Source: Octopus sinensis (lineage: Eukaryota). Taken from it: a stretch of 64,000 nt of DNA. Below, piece after piece: positions 1 through 11,745 of this stretch. Made by a program: the position numbers and the translations under genes. The stretch is taken from NCBI RefSeq assembly GCF_006345805.1, contig NC_043012.1, forward strand, positions 14,384,001-14,448,000. The letters are read 5' to 3'. Under the pieces are notes generated by a model, which made no database searches, was not told where the DNA came from, and saw only the letters and a list, made by a program, of their open reading frames with translations. Numbering within the stretch: position 1 is the stretch's first letter; each line of letters begins with the position of its first letter.

Positions 1-420
1 GTTAGCTAAGAGGCGTTTTCAAATTAAGAAACTATGTATAAATGTATGTATTTTAATTTTACCTTATCTTGAAGAAGAAACCTGTTTGTTTTGTGAGTCA
101 CAGATAATTTAGACCTTCAGAGCGAGAAGGAAACTGGGAGTTATAATTTAATGAAAATATCTCACTGATAAGAGAAGGAAGAAATCTAATTTGGCTTTGT
201 ATCTAAAGAAATACCCTTATTAAGAAAATTAAACGGCATATTTATTTTCATTAATTTATATGAGAATGTAAGATCAAAGACTACACTAACTTGTGTTACG
301 AGCGTACTTTTCACAGTGAGGGAAAATGAAGGAACTTGTTTTAGGTGAATAGAAATAATATTAAGGATATCGCTGAAAAGAAGTAGTAGCACTAGTACAT
401 ATATATATATATATATACAA

Positions 421-451
<31 letters not shown>

Positions 452-595
452 AGAGAGGATTTTATGCATGTTTTATATATATACATATACATATAATATT
501 AATTAGAGACAAAACCACTATTATGCAAATCAAACAAAGAAAGACTTAATCCAATACATAAAAAATTTTATATAAATTAAATAAAATTAAGTTAT

Positions 596-635
596 CCACT
601 ACAATTGTTTCCTGTCAAGGAGATTCATCAGGTGG
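596..635 (-). ncRNA. Type I minimal hammerhead ribozyme motif (PLE pseudo-LTR type)
   Basis: Minus strand reads CCAC-CTGATGA-ATCTCCTTGACAG-GAAA-CAATTG-TA-GTGG: stem I CCAC/GTGG, intact core, palindromic stem III ACAATTGT, GUA cleavage triplet. Stem II is weak (A.G and C.C mismatches). Confidence 0.7.
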
Positions 636-774
636 TTTCAAGACCTTCTATTCAATTTTTAATTATGAAGTCTCTAATTAATATTATATTATATTTTACT
701 ATAAAATTGGATTCAATCCTAAATCTGATTTTTTCCCTGTAAATTTTGGATTTATTCCCTAATATTTATTATAC

Positions 775-833
<59 letters not shown>

Positions 834-1332
834 GTCATCTACTCCACTTCGTGTCCGAGTATTTCTTTCTTCGGTGTGGTAATGCCGGAGGCGTAGATTT
901 GATTGGGGGGTGAACAATTTGAAATGTGGCACATTTGAAATATGACATCGATGATTAGTGAATGAAACTATAACAGACTGACATCAATCCAGGTGTGCTT
1001 CAGTTGCACCTTCAAAGCCTTTCTGTCTGTCTGATATCAGCCTATTTTGCTACGTCAGCAGATGAAATTATATGGTTCGTCCCCTTGTCCTGCTGATGGA
1101 GATTTCACCTATTTTGTACGTGGTATGCACCTTTAGATCCGCCCGTATCACTAGTTATATGTTCTTCTCGTGAAGATTTTAGTTACGACAGTCTTACTAA
1201 TAAATCAAATGTTCAATTCATAACCTGTATATAAATGACCACCTAGGACGTGAAATCCTGTGAAATTAGAGGTTATATACAACGCGCTCCACAATGAAGG
1301 GTACCAACTACACACGACCTTATAATCCATAA

Positions 1333-1351
1333 TGTGTGTGTATGTGTGTGT

Positions 1352-1415
<64 letters not shown>
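1333..1415. repeat. (GT)n microsatellite
   Basis: Direct reading. Confidence 0.95.
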
Positions 1416-1417
<2 letters not shown>

Positions 1418-1772
1418 GGTCGTTTGTATCTATGTCGAATAATAATTTTACATTAAACTGAAAGATTACCGAATGCTTTTTGTAGAATACATATTTTTTT
1501 TTCTTTTTCAAGAATAATGTTGACAGTGAGTTCAATGTCTCGGCCGGTTTAGCCTTCCTCGGGCATTATTGCATTTAAGTCCAACTTGGCTTTTTTTAGA
1601 TTTCAAATAACATCAGCAACAATTAAACCTAGTTACACATATTGTGACTAAGTGAACTTTTACTTACCTTCATTTATTTGTAAACCATGAAATCAACCTT
1701 ATGACCTAAATCGGACATCTAAACATACTCATTTGATTACGCAGTTTTACACACTACCTATCTATCTATCAG

Positions 1773-1775
<3 letters not shown>

Positions 1776-1849
<74 letters not shown>
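1776..1849. repeat. (CT)n microsatellite abutting the LINE 5' end
   Basis: Direct reading. Confidence 0.95.
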
Positions 1850-1853
<4 letters not shown>

Positions 1854-1911
1854 TAGAATCTACTGCTACTACAGCCAGAATAGAAAAACCACTACTACAC
1901 CCACATAAAAC

Positions 1912-2348
1912 ACCCTACCGTTACTATTCTCAAGGCAACTGTAGATTTGGCCCCAGCGGCACCAACAACAATGGACGCTGTGCTTTTTTTCCATCCTACC
2001 TTATGTCGTAGACTTGTTAAGGGCACCTGTCCATATGGTATAACGGGAAAAAACTGCCCTCACCTCCACCCCAAATACTGTCCTAAATACAGAGTCCATG
2101 GTCCTGATCCCAAATATGGATGCACAAAAGGCAATGGATGCACCTTCTTCCATCCTAAACTGTGCCAAACTTCTGTGTCACTAAGGATGTGCCTGAACCC
2201 AGAATGCAACCACCACCATCTGAAGGGCACAAAACGATCGCAAAATAAATATAAACAGCAACAGAGGAAATCTACGACAACAACAAGAACAAAATACAAC
2301 CACGTTTCCCCTCCTACAATCAAACAACGTAGACAGAACCATGAATAA
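1912..2348 (+). pseudogene. LINE ORF1-like region with four CCCH-type zinc fingers (frameshifted)
   Basis: ORFs 1733-2011 and 1947-2348 give (Y)RYYSQGNCRFGPSGTNNNGRCAFF-HP, CRRLVKGTCPYGITGKNCPHLH, CPKYRVHGPDPKYGCTKGNGCTFFH and CQTSVSLRMCLNPECNHHH. Confidence 0.75.
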
Positions 2349-2494
2349 ACCATAACACCAAATAACACCAACATGAAATATGTATCCTCTGACCTAGTGG
2401 CAAACCAAAGAGGTAACTCTTTTTTACTGACTTACCTAGAAAATATGAAGGCCGACCTAAGCCAGGAGATCCAACGAGCTATCAGCAACCACCT

Positions 2495-5362
2495 ATGCAA
2501 ATCACAAGGACCACACACCCACTACCAACAAGAAAATCATACCCACACAGCTTCATACAAGAACTACCCACATTGTTACCACTGAACAACATAAAACATA
2601 ACTTAGAACAATGCAAACATCAAACTTCCCTTACCTCGACATTCCTGTTAAATGTACGTGGCATCAACCCCTCAATTATTTCCCAAAAATGGAAGATCCC
2701 ATATATAGAGAGTTGGCTTGCCGAAACGGCACATTGCTTCCCTTTCTTTATCCTTACCGAGACTCACCTGAACAACACCCATATGGACGCCGAGGTGAAA
2801 ATAAAAGATTTCACCATTGTTCGTGCGGATCACACAAACCGAAATAAGGGAGGGACAGCCATCTTTATCCATGACTCCTTTTCACTTGATGCCAAGGACA
2901 TATTTTCCAATGGCTACTGTGAATCGGTATCACTATTTAGCAAGGCCAAGGACATAACCATTGTTGGTCTTTACAGGCCTCCCCAAGCACCTCTAAAGTG
3001 CTTTGAAGAGTGCCTTAGCAAAGTCAAGTCCTTCCTTCGGAAGTACCACTCCGGAAACATACTAGTGATGGGTGATTTTAACCTCCCTCGTGTGAACTGG
3101 CCCACAAATACTCTGAAGTTAGGCAAATGCTCTACATCAGATAGAGCAGCAGCTCTTTAATCTAATGGATGAATACTTCCTGACTCAGCTAGTACTCGAA
3201 CCAACGAGACAGAATAAAACGATCTTGGATCTGGTATTGACCAATCACTCTAGCTTCGTTCACAGTATTTCAGTTGAAAAAAATCTCCTCTCAGACAACG
3301 ACATGGTACTCTGCAATTTTAATTCCCGACATATAAAAACCAAACCAGCCAATCCCACTCCATGGCACTCATTTGACAACATAAACTTCCACAAAGCGGA
3401 CTGGGGAGCAATCAGAAAAGATCTGTCTTTCATCGACTGGTCCTTTACTCTCAATTCCACCCATATTGAGACCGCATGGCAGCACTTTGAAAACATTGTC
3501 ACCTATACATGCTCCCACGAAATCTACTAAAACAAACAGAAACCGGCTCCCTAAAAAGAAAAAAACACTCATCAGGCGCATCAAAAGACTCAACAAAAAA
3601 AATCAACCAATTAAAATATTCCCACACACAACATCCACATTCAACAACAATGAAAAGGCTAGAGTTGGAAAAACTTCATCTGCTGACCGACATGAAAACC
3701 TCCATTGAAAATCAAAGAGCTGTGGAGAAACAGTGGGTAATCAAAGACATCAGACAGAACCCAAAAGTGTTCTATTCTTATGCAAATAAGCTTAGAACCA
3801 CTGTCTCACCCATTGGGCCATTGATTGATGATAACGGCATTCCCCAACACGATGCTAAAGAAATGGCAGAAATACTGCAGAAACAATACTGCTCTATCTT
3901 TAGTGTTCCCACTGATATTGACGTAAGAGAAGCGAACGAAGTTGACTCCCAACATAAAATCTCAGACATAACCTTCACTGCCACTGACATCGTAGCAGCA
4001 ATAAATGAGGTCAAATACTACTCTGCTGTAGGCCCTGATAGATTCCCCGCTAGTCTCCTGAAGGAATGTAGACACCAACTTGCAGTCCCTCTGACCAACC
4101 TCTGGAGAAATTCGTTACATGCAGGTTATATACCGAAACATTTTCTATCCCAGTCGGTCATCCCGGTTTTCAAACAGGGAAACAGATCCCTCGCAGTCAA
4201 CTATCGCCGAATCTCACTCACCTCCCACATCATTAAAGTGTTTGAAAGAGTGTTAAGATCAAGGATAGCTGACTTCCTGGAGACCCACAAACTCCTAAAT
4301 GCAAATCAGCATGGCTTTCGCTGTGGCAGGGACTGTCTAACACAGCTTTTACACCACATTGAAGATGTACTCAAAGCCTTGGGAACAAGTTCGAACTCTG
4401 ATGTCATATATCTTGACTTCAGTAAAGCGTTCGACAGGGTAGACCATAATATCCTACTCTCAAAATTGGCAAATGTTGGAATCCGTGGAAAAGTTCTACA
4501 CTGGATTAAGTATTTCCTGGCGAATAGAACACAACATCTTGTAGTTGATGGAATCCACTCAAGCCCAGCAAAAGTCACCAGCGGTATCCCCCAGGGGACT
4601 GTCTTGGGTCCGCTGCTCTTCATAATTTACATAAACGATCTTTCTAGTGTCGTACATTACTCCAAAGTGAAAATATTTGCTGATGACACTAAGCTCCAGC
4701 AAATCGTCAATGAAGAAGCAGACCGAACTCAACTTCAGTCTGATCTATATGCTGTGAGTCAATGGGCAGACAGAAACAAAATGCAACTGAACGAGGGAAG
4801 ATTTGAGCTGGTGCATTTTGGAAGAAATTCCTCACTAAAACAGCCATACTCTCTTCCTTCAGGGGAACCGCTCACAGCCTCTAACAATATCAGAGACCTG
4901 GGTGTAATTGTTGATTACGATCTCAGTTGGAGTGTACACATCAACAAGAAGGTCGATATAGCTCGTAGGATGAGTTCCTGGATCTTAAGAACTTTCCGGT
5001 CCAGAGAACAAAGTGTCATCATACCACTTTTCTCCTCCTTTGTACGGCCACACCTCGAATACTGCTGCCCACTGTGGTCTCCCCATACAAGACAAAACAT
5101 CTCGAGGATTGAGTCACCCCAGAGGGCACTCACTAAACGAATTGAAGGCATGGCTGCACTCGATTATTGGGATCGCCTTAAAGCCTTGAAACTCTACTCT
5201 CTCCAGCGTCACCGTGAGCGGTACATCATTTGTACGATGTGGAAAATATACCGCCAACTTTGCCCAAACGACCTGAACATTAGCTTCAATGTTCATCCAA
5301 GCCTGGTTCATACGTCCCATGTCCAATTCCAGATCACAGCATACATGTACACTGCAACATAA
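2495..5362 (+). pseudogene. LINE ORF2: APE endonuclease + reverse transcriptase (disrupted)
   Basis: APE motifs LNVRG, LTETHL, GLYRPP, MGDFN and LDLVLTN; RT motifs YLDFSKAFDRVDH, GIPQGTVLGPLLF, FADDTKL, RDLGV and RPHLEYC in ORFs 2495-3160, 3165-3530 and 3509-5362. Confidence 0.92.
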
Positions 5363-5648
5363 TTTCTTTTCCTCAACAGGCCCTGCCCTATTTAACATTG
5401 TCCCGAAAGAGATCAAAGAGGAAAAGGATCCCATCAACTTTAAACGGAGTCTGGATAGATTCCTTCAAAGAATACCAGATAAGCCACCCATAATTGGATA
5501 AAACTCACCCAACAAAAACTCACTACTTGAATGGACCATAAACAAAACTTGACTTAAACAGGATTCGAATAATCCAATCATGTGGTGCTATTAAGTTAGA
5601 CATGGCCTGGACCAATCTTTGGTCGAAACATATCTAAGCTTATCTAAA

Positions 5649-5866
5649 TTTATATATATATATACAAATATATATATACATATATATATATATATACAAA
5701 TAATATATACATATATATTATATATATATATACGTATATATATATACAATATATATATAACATATATATATATACAAATATATATATACTATATATATAT
5801 ATATACAAATATATATATACATATATATATATACAAATATATATATACATATATATATATATACAA

Positions 5867-5899
<33 letters not shown>

Positions 5900-6078
5900 C
5901 AAATATATATATACATATATATATATACAAATATATATATACATATATATATATACAAATATATATATACATATATATATATATAAATACAAATATATAT
6001 ATATACATATATATATATACAAATATATATATACATATATATATACAATATATATATATAATATATATATATATACAA

Positions 6079-6109
<31 letters not shown>

Positions 6110-6389
6110 CAAATATATATATACATATATATTATACAAATATATATATACATATATATATATAACAAATATATATATATACATATATATATATACAAAT
6201 ATATATATACATATATATATATACAAATATATATATACATATATATAATATATACGTATATATATATACAAATATATATATATACATATATAATATACAA
6301 ATATATAATACATATATATATATATATACAAATATATATATACATATATATATATACAAATATATATATACATATATATATATATACAA

Positions 6390-6422
<33 letters not shown>

Positions 6423-6687
6423 CAAATATATATATACATATATATATATACAAATATATATATACATATATATATATATACAAATATATATATACATATA
6501 TATATATAAATACAAATATATATATACATATATATATACAAATATATATATATACATATATATATATACAAATATATATATATATATATATATATACAAA
6601 TATATATATACATATAATATATATACAAATATATATACATATATATATATATACAATATATATATACATATATATATATATATACAA

Positions 6688-6722
<35 letters not shown>

Positions 6723-6730
6723 CATACATA
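5649..6730. repeat. (TA)n-based array with a higher-order unit (~TACAAATATATATATACATATATATA)
   Basis: CAAA and CA interruptions recur at roughly 25-30 bp spacing. Confidence 0.9.
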
Positions 6731-6986
6731 CATACAGAGAGAGGGGTATTTTATGCATGTTATATGGTTTGTAACCTATGATTGATTGATTGATTCCAGT
6801 TTCAGCTTATGAGCTGTGGCCATGCTGGGGTACCGCCATTTATATCATTGGACTAGTTGGAAACTGTAGAATGCATGTAATACCAGCAACTCCTTTCTTC
6901 TCTTAGTATACACACACACATACACACGCATACATACACACACACGCATATATGTGTGTGTGTGCGTGCGTGCGTGTGTGCGTGCA

Positions 6987-7018
<32 letters not shown>

Positions 7019-8070
7019 ATATCAGCCTCCTCGCATGCTTTCGAATAAAAAAATTGGCTTCTAAGAACAGCTTGCAATAATGCACCTAATTTCTGTTGGT
7101 TGAAGTAAATAATTTGGAAAGGAATTTGTTTACCTTTTACAGTATGAGTAATCCTGGATCTGTGAGCTTATTTGCATCTAGATGGATGTTGCCTTATAGA
7201 AACATCTCATTTCATATCTTCTGTATATTTTCTGTTCTGAACATTTTTTCATAAAATCAGATTGCATTCACACTTGCACATTACCTCCTTTAAGAACTGC
7301 CTCGAAAAAATAACTTTTTGCTTTCGTTTTCTTTTCTTTGTAGTTGTTGTTGATTTTCCTTTTGATTTTTATTGTGGGTGGGGGTTGCTTACTTACTATA
7401 ACATATGCATCGCTAGTGTAGCTTCCTTCGGGGCAAGAGAGGTTGAACCAGTTAGAAAAAGTTCTATTTATTTTAATTTGCAGAATTTAAGCAACATCGT
7501 CATTGGTTATAAATCAATATTAATTAATTACCTACCATCTTCCCAACATAGCTACAGCCTTGTGTTAATTTGATAAATCAATACTGAAATAATTTTGCTG
7601 TTTCCTACACAAAATAACAGGCAATATCTGTGAAATGTCATTTGAAAAATATCTGGTTTTGAGGATTTTAGAATCAATACTATACCGAATGAATCCCTTA
7701 GAATTTTCTCAGTTGTCTAGATTCCTGTCATAAAGTTTACGATTCCGGAATAAATAAAGCTGAAAAACTTCCGATTAATCTGTTATTATGTTGACAGATT
7801 TGATTTTCGTTCTTTCGTTGATAGCAAAGTCTTAGTGAGCTGCGGCTTCATCCGTGGCGCAGGACATTTATTATATATTATATAAATATCAGCGGAGTAA
7901 ACTATATATAATGTTATCAATTCCTATAGAGGCTTCCAAAGAATATAACCAGAAACACGCTGCTAATGTCGAATATAAAGGTGAAACCTGTTGAAATTTT
8001 GTCAAATGCTTCTACATGAAAATAGGGATCACATCTCTTTGGATATGGTCTTGCTATGGATACGAAAGAG

Positions 8071-8523
8071 AAATTTCGGATCTTTTCGGTTTGAACGGCA
8101 GTTTTTAACATAATTTCTAGGTAACTAAAAAATTTTAAACTTCGTATACTGGTAGAATGTGTTTATAAAACATCTTTTTCTCTTGGCTTTTTGAGAAAAT
8201 TCTATAGTTTGTAAGATATTTGTTGTTTTTTTTCTTCAATTTCTGCAGTTCAACCAATCAAATACGTCTATTAAGGTAAAAAAAACAACATTCTGTGCCG
8301 TATGAATATGTCCCTCGTTTAAGAAACAGATTGGATTTATTTACATTCGTGAAGAAAAAAAGATACATTCCCCCCACCCGTAACCCTAACTAACCCTAAC
8401 TAACACTAACCCTAAAACAGATTGGAATGCAATAGATCGATACGTGGGTCATAATTATGGGTGACAATTTCATATAGCACCGTTAGAAAAAACTGCCGTT
8501 CAAACCGAAAAGATCCGAAATTT
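8071..8523. mobile_element. MITE-like element with ~38-bp terminal inverted repeats
   Basis: AAATTTCGGATCTTTTCGGTTTGAACGGCAGTTTTT at 8071 is the reverse complement of AAAAACTGCCGTTCAAACCGAAAAGATCCGAAATTT ending at 8523. Confidence 0.65.
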
Positions 8524-8871
8524 ACAGTGAAGCTGTCTAAAACCATGTCTCCTGTTGTTTTTATTTCTTTATTTGGTTTGCTATTGTAGTTTCGGTGGTT
8601 TGAGAAATGTTCGAAATCGCCTGACAAAATGAATGATTTTGTACATCTTAAAATATATAATTTAATAACATAACGTTTCTGGCAGGGGAGAAATTAAATA
8701 AATACTTTGGAGAGAGTAAAACAAAGGAAAACGGAAAACAAGAAGTTTTAGAGAAAACCGAGATTTACAGGTTTTCGACATTTATGTTAATTCAATAAAA
8801 TACAGAAAAATTTCCCGGTGGTATCTAAACAAATAACTTAGCCAAACGTCTGGAAAAAAAACAACGACAAC

Positions 8872-8896
8872 ACTAATAATAACAACAACAATAATC

Positions 8897-8930
<34 letters not shown>

Positions 8931-9064
8931 TAATAATAATAATAATAACAATAATAATAATAATAATAATAATAACAATAATAATAATAATAATGATAAC
9001 AATAATAACAATAATAATAATAATAATAATGATAACAATAATAACAATAATAATAATAATAATG

Positions 9065-9098
<34 letters not shown>

Positions 9099-9180
9099 TA
9101 ACAATAATAATAATAATAATAATATAATAATAATGATAACAATAATAATAATAATAATAATAACAACTGCAACAACAATA
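8872..9180. repeat. (AAT)n microsatellite
   Basis: Direct reading. Confidence 0.95.
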
Positions 9181-9489
9181 ACATCTTATATTTACTAAAA
9201 AGTAGGTATATTAAATTGAGTCAGCGTTGAATGGATGACAGGAATCCAGGAATATAGTTCAAGCTTAGAAAATATATTTTCGTCTTCTCGAAATAAACTT
9301 TTTTCAACTTCTCACTTCAAAAATTGCATTAGATACCTAGTTTTGCTTTGCTTTGATTTTGCTTTCATTGTTGTTCGGCGCAGTAGCATTTGTACAAAAT
9401 ACATTACCTACCGCTACATAAAAGATCTGTGCTGAGAATGTTACAACAAAGCAAGTCTGTAAAATATACGTACCCTTTTATTTATTTTG

Positions 9490-9807
9490 TAGGTAATACA
9501 TATATATATATATATATAAATATAATTAATTAAATTATATGCAGCATGAAATACTCTCTTATATTTATTTTATATTATATATAAATATATTATTTATATA
9601 TATATTTATGTATATTATATATATATATATGTATGTATATGTATATATATATATATCTATATATTATATAATATATATATGTATGTATATGTATGTATAT
9701 GTATGTATGTATATGTATGCATGTGTATGTATGTATATGTATATATGTATATATGTATAAATATGTATGTGTTTATATGTATATATATGTATATATATGT
9801 ATATATA

Positions 9808-9838
<31 letters not shown>

Positions 9839-9916
9839 GTGTATATATGTATATATGTATGTATATATATATATACATACACCACAAACCCACGCTTATA
9901 TATATATATATATATA
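9490..9916. repeat. (TA)n/(TATG)n compound microsatellite
   Basis: Direct reading. Confidence 0.9.
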
Positions 9917-9948
9917 CGCGAGAAAGAAGCAACAAGAATGGATAGGTT

Positions 9949-10037
9949 TTTAGTACAATCGTTTCATACAAGGACAGGCTTTATTAAAAGTTGCAAAAAT
10001 TACAGCATATAAACGTGTCCCGTACTCATCAGCTAAA
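9949..10037 (-). ncRNA. Type I hammerhead ribozyme motif (mirror of 11471-11559)
   Basis: Reverse complement of the + copy, with core and stems conserved. Confidence 0.8.
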
Positions 10038-11470
10038 ATACATGTGAGTTCTCTAGACATCCTAGTGGTTGAGGCTATACTCATGAAGTAATGTAGATAA
10101 TTAAGTAACATAAACAGATTTCCAAAGTTCATTAAAGTTCTTTAAAGATGATGTACAGTCTTATCACAGAATTTTAAAAAAAAGTTTTAATAGCATCACA
10201 GAGAAGGTGACCTAATCCATAGTGCACATATGAATTTCCAGAGATATGATGAGGGATTACATACTCACAGAAGACAAATTTATCCATTGTTAATCACAAC
10301 GAGGTGGGTCTCAATTCCTGCTTATTAGCATTACAGAGAGGGTGAATTAATCCTTTGTATAGATGCACAATTTCCAATGGTGTAGATGTAAATTTCCAGA
10401 GAAATGAAGAGGAATTTCATATTCACAGGCGATAAATTTATCAATGGTTGAACACAATGAGGTAGGTATCAATTCTTGTTATATGATTAGGTATTTGCCA
10501 CATTAATCACATTACTGCTATTTACAAGAGGCTGTAGCTATTTAACTTTTAAGGGCTGAAGGGCTTTCTAGAGAGGTAAAGAATAGAAAAGGGAAGGGAA
10601 TAGAAGAAAAGAGAGAAAATAAAGGAGGAGGGAGCAAAAAAGGGGGGGAGGGGACTAAAAGAGAAGAGAAAAGGAAAAAGAGAATTTTTTCTTTTTTTCT
10701 TTTTTTTTCTTTTTTTTTTTTTTCTTTTTTTCTTTTTTTCTTTTTTTTTTCTTTTTTTTTTTTTTCTTTTTTCCTTCTTTCCCTATTTCTTTCTCTTTTC
10801 TTTTTTTCTTTTTCTTCTTCTTATTCTCTTTTCCTTTTCTCTTCTCTTTTAGTCGCCTTCCCCCCCTTTTTTGCTCCCTCCTCCTTTATTTTCTCTCTTT
10901 TCTTCTATTCCCTTCCCTTTTCTATTCTTTACCTCTCTAGAAAGCCCTTCAGCCTTTAAAAGTTAAATAGCTACAGCCTCTTGTAAATAGCAGTAATGTG
11001 ATTAATGTGGCAAATACCTAATCATATAACAAGAATTGATACCTACCTCATTGTGTTCAACCATTGATAAATTTATCGCCTGTGAATATGAAATTCCTCT
11101 TCATTTCTCTGGAAATTTACATCTACACCATTGGAAATTGTGCATCTATACAAAGGATTAATTCACCCTCTCTGTAATGCTAATAAGCAGGAATTGAGAC
11201 CCACCTCGTTGTGATTAACAATGGATAAATTTGTCTTCTGTGAGTATGTAATCCCTCATCATATCTCTGGAAATTCATATGTGCACTATGGATTAGGTCA
11301 CCTTCTCTGTGATGCTATTAAAACTTTTTTTTTAAAATTCTGTGATAAGACTGTACATCATCTTTAAAGAACTTTAATGAACTTTGGAAATCTGTTTATG
11401 TTACTTAATTATCTACATTACTTCATGAGTATAGCCTCAACCACTAGGATGTCTAGAGAACTCACATGTA

Positions 11471-11559
11471 TTTAGCTGATGAGTACGGGACACGTTTATA
11501 TGCTGTAATTTTTGAAACTTTTAATAAAGCCTGTCCTTGTATGAAACGATTGTACTAAA
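11471..11559 (+). ncRNA. Type I hammerhead ribozyme motif with extended stem II
   Basis: TTTAG-CTGATGA-GTACGGGACA...TGTCCTTGTAT-GAAA-CGATTG-TA-CTAAA: stem I TTTAG/CTAAA, 10-bp stem II with one bulge, quasi-palindromic stem III ACGATTGT, GUA site. Confidence 0.8.
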
Positions 11560-11713
11560 AACCTATCCATTCTTGTTGCTCCTTTCTCGCTTATAATCAC
11601 CCCACATTACTGTATTGTTAAAAAACAGTATAGTTTTTTTTGATGCATCTAAGTTAGGTACCATATTCAAGTAAATTCATTTAATTAACTTGAATCTTTA
11701 TTGCTTTTTGTAT

Positions 11714-11744
<31 letters not shown>

Positions 11745-11745
<1 letters not shown>

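Larger units (their letters stand above)
1850..5648 (+). mobile_element. Decayed CR1-group (CR1/L2/Crack-like) LINE, probably 5'-truncated
   Basis: Zinc-finger ORF, then APE endonuclease and RT ORFs broken by frameshifts and stops, then a 3' UTR ending at a TA-rich array. Confidence 0.9.
9918..11590. mobile_element. Foldback pair of PLE-type pseudo-LTRs (arms 9918-10685 and 10823-11590)
   Basis: Near-identical ~770-bp inverted arms around a T/C-rich spacer, each carrying a hammerhead motif near its outer end. Confidence 0.8.

Noticed and set aside
5596-5637. TTAGA...GACC-AATCTTT-GGTC-GAAAC...TCTAA at the LINE 3' end resembling a hammerhead
   Set aside because: No CTGANGA core; more likely an ordinary LINE 3'-UTR stem-loop.
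5619-6758. Long Y/I/C/M/V-rich ORFs in the ORF track (also 8873-10012, 42959-43979, 60710-63309 and others)
   Set aside because: They are translations of TA, TG, GATA and AAT microsatellites, not genes.
8380-8415. TAACCC telomere-like repeats
   Set aside because: Only a few imperfect units inside a MITE-like element.
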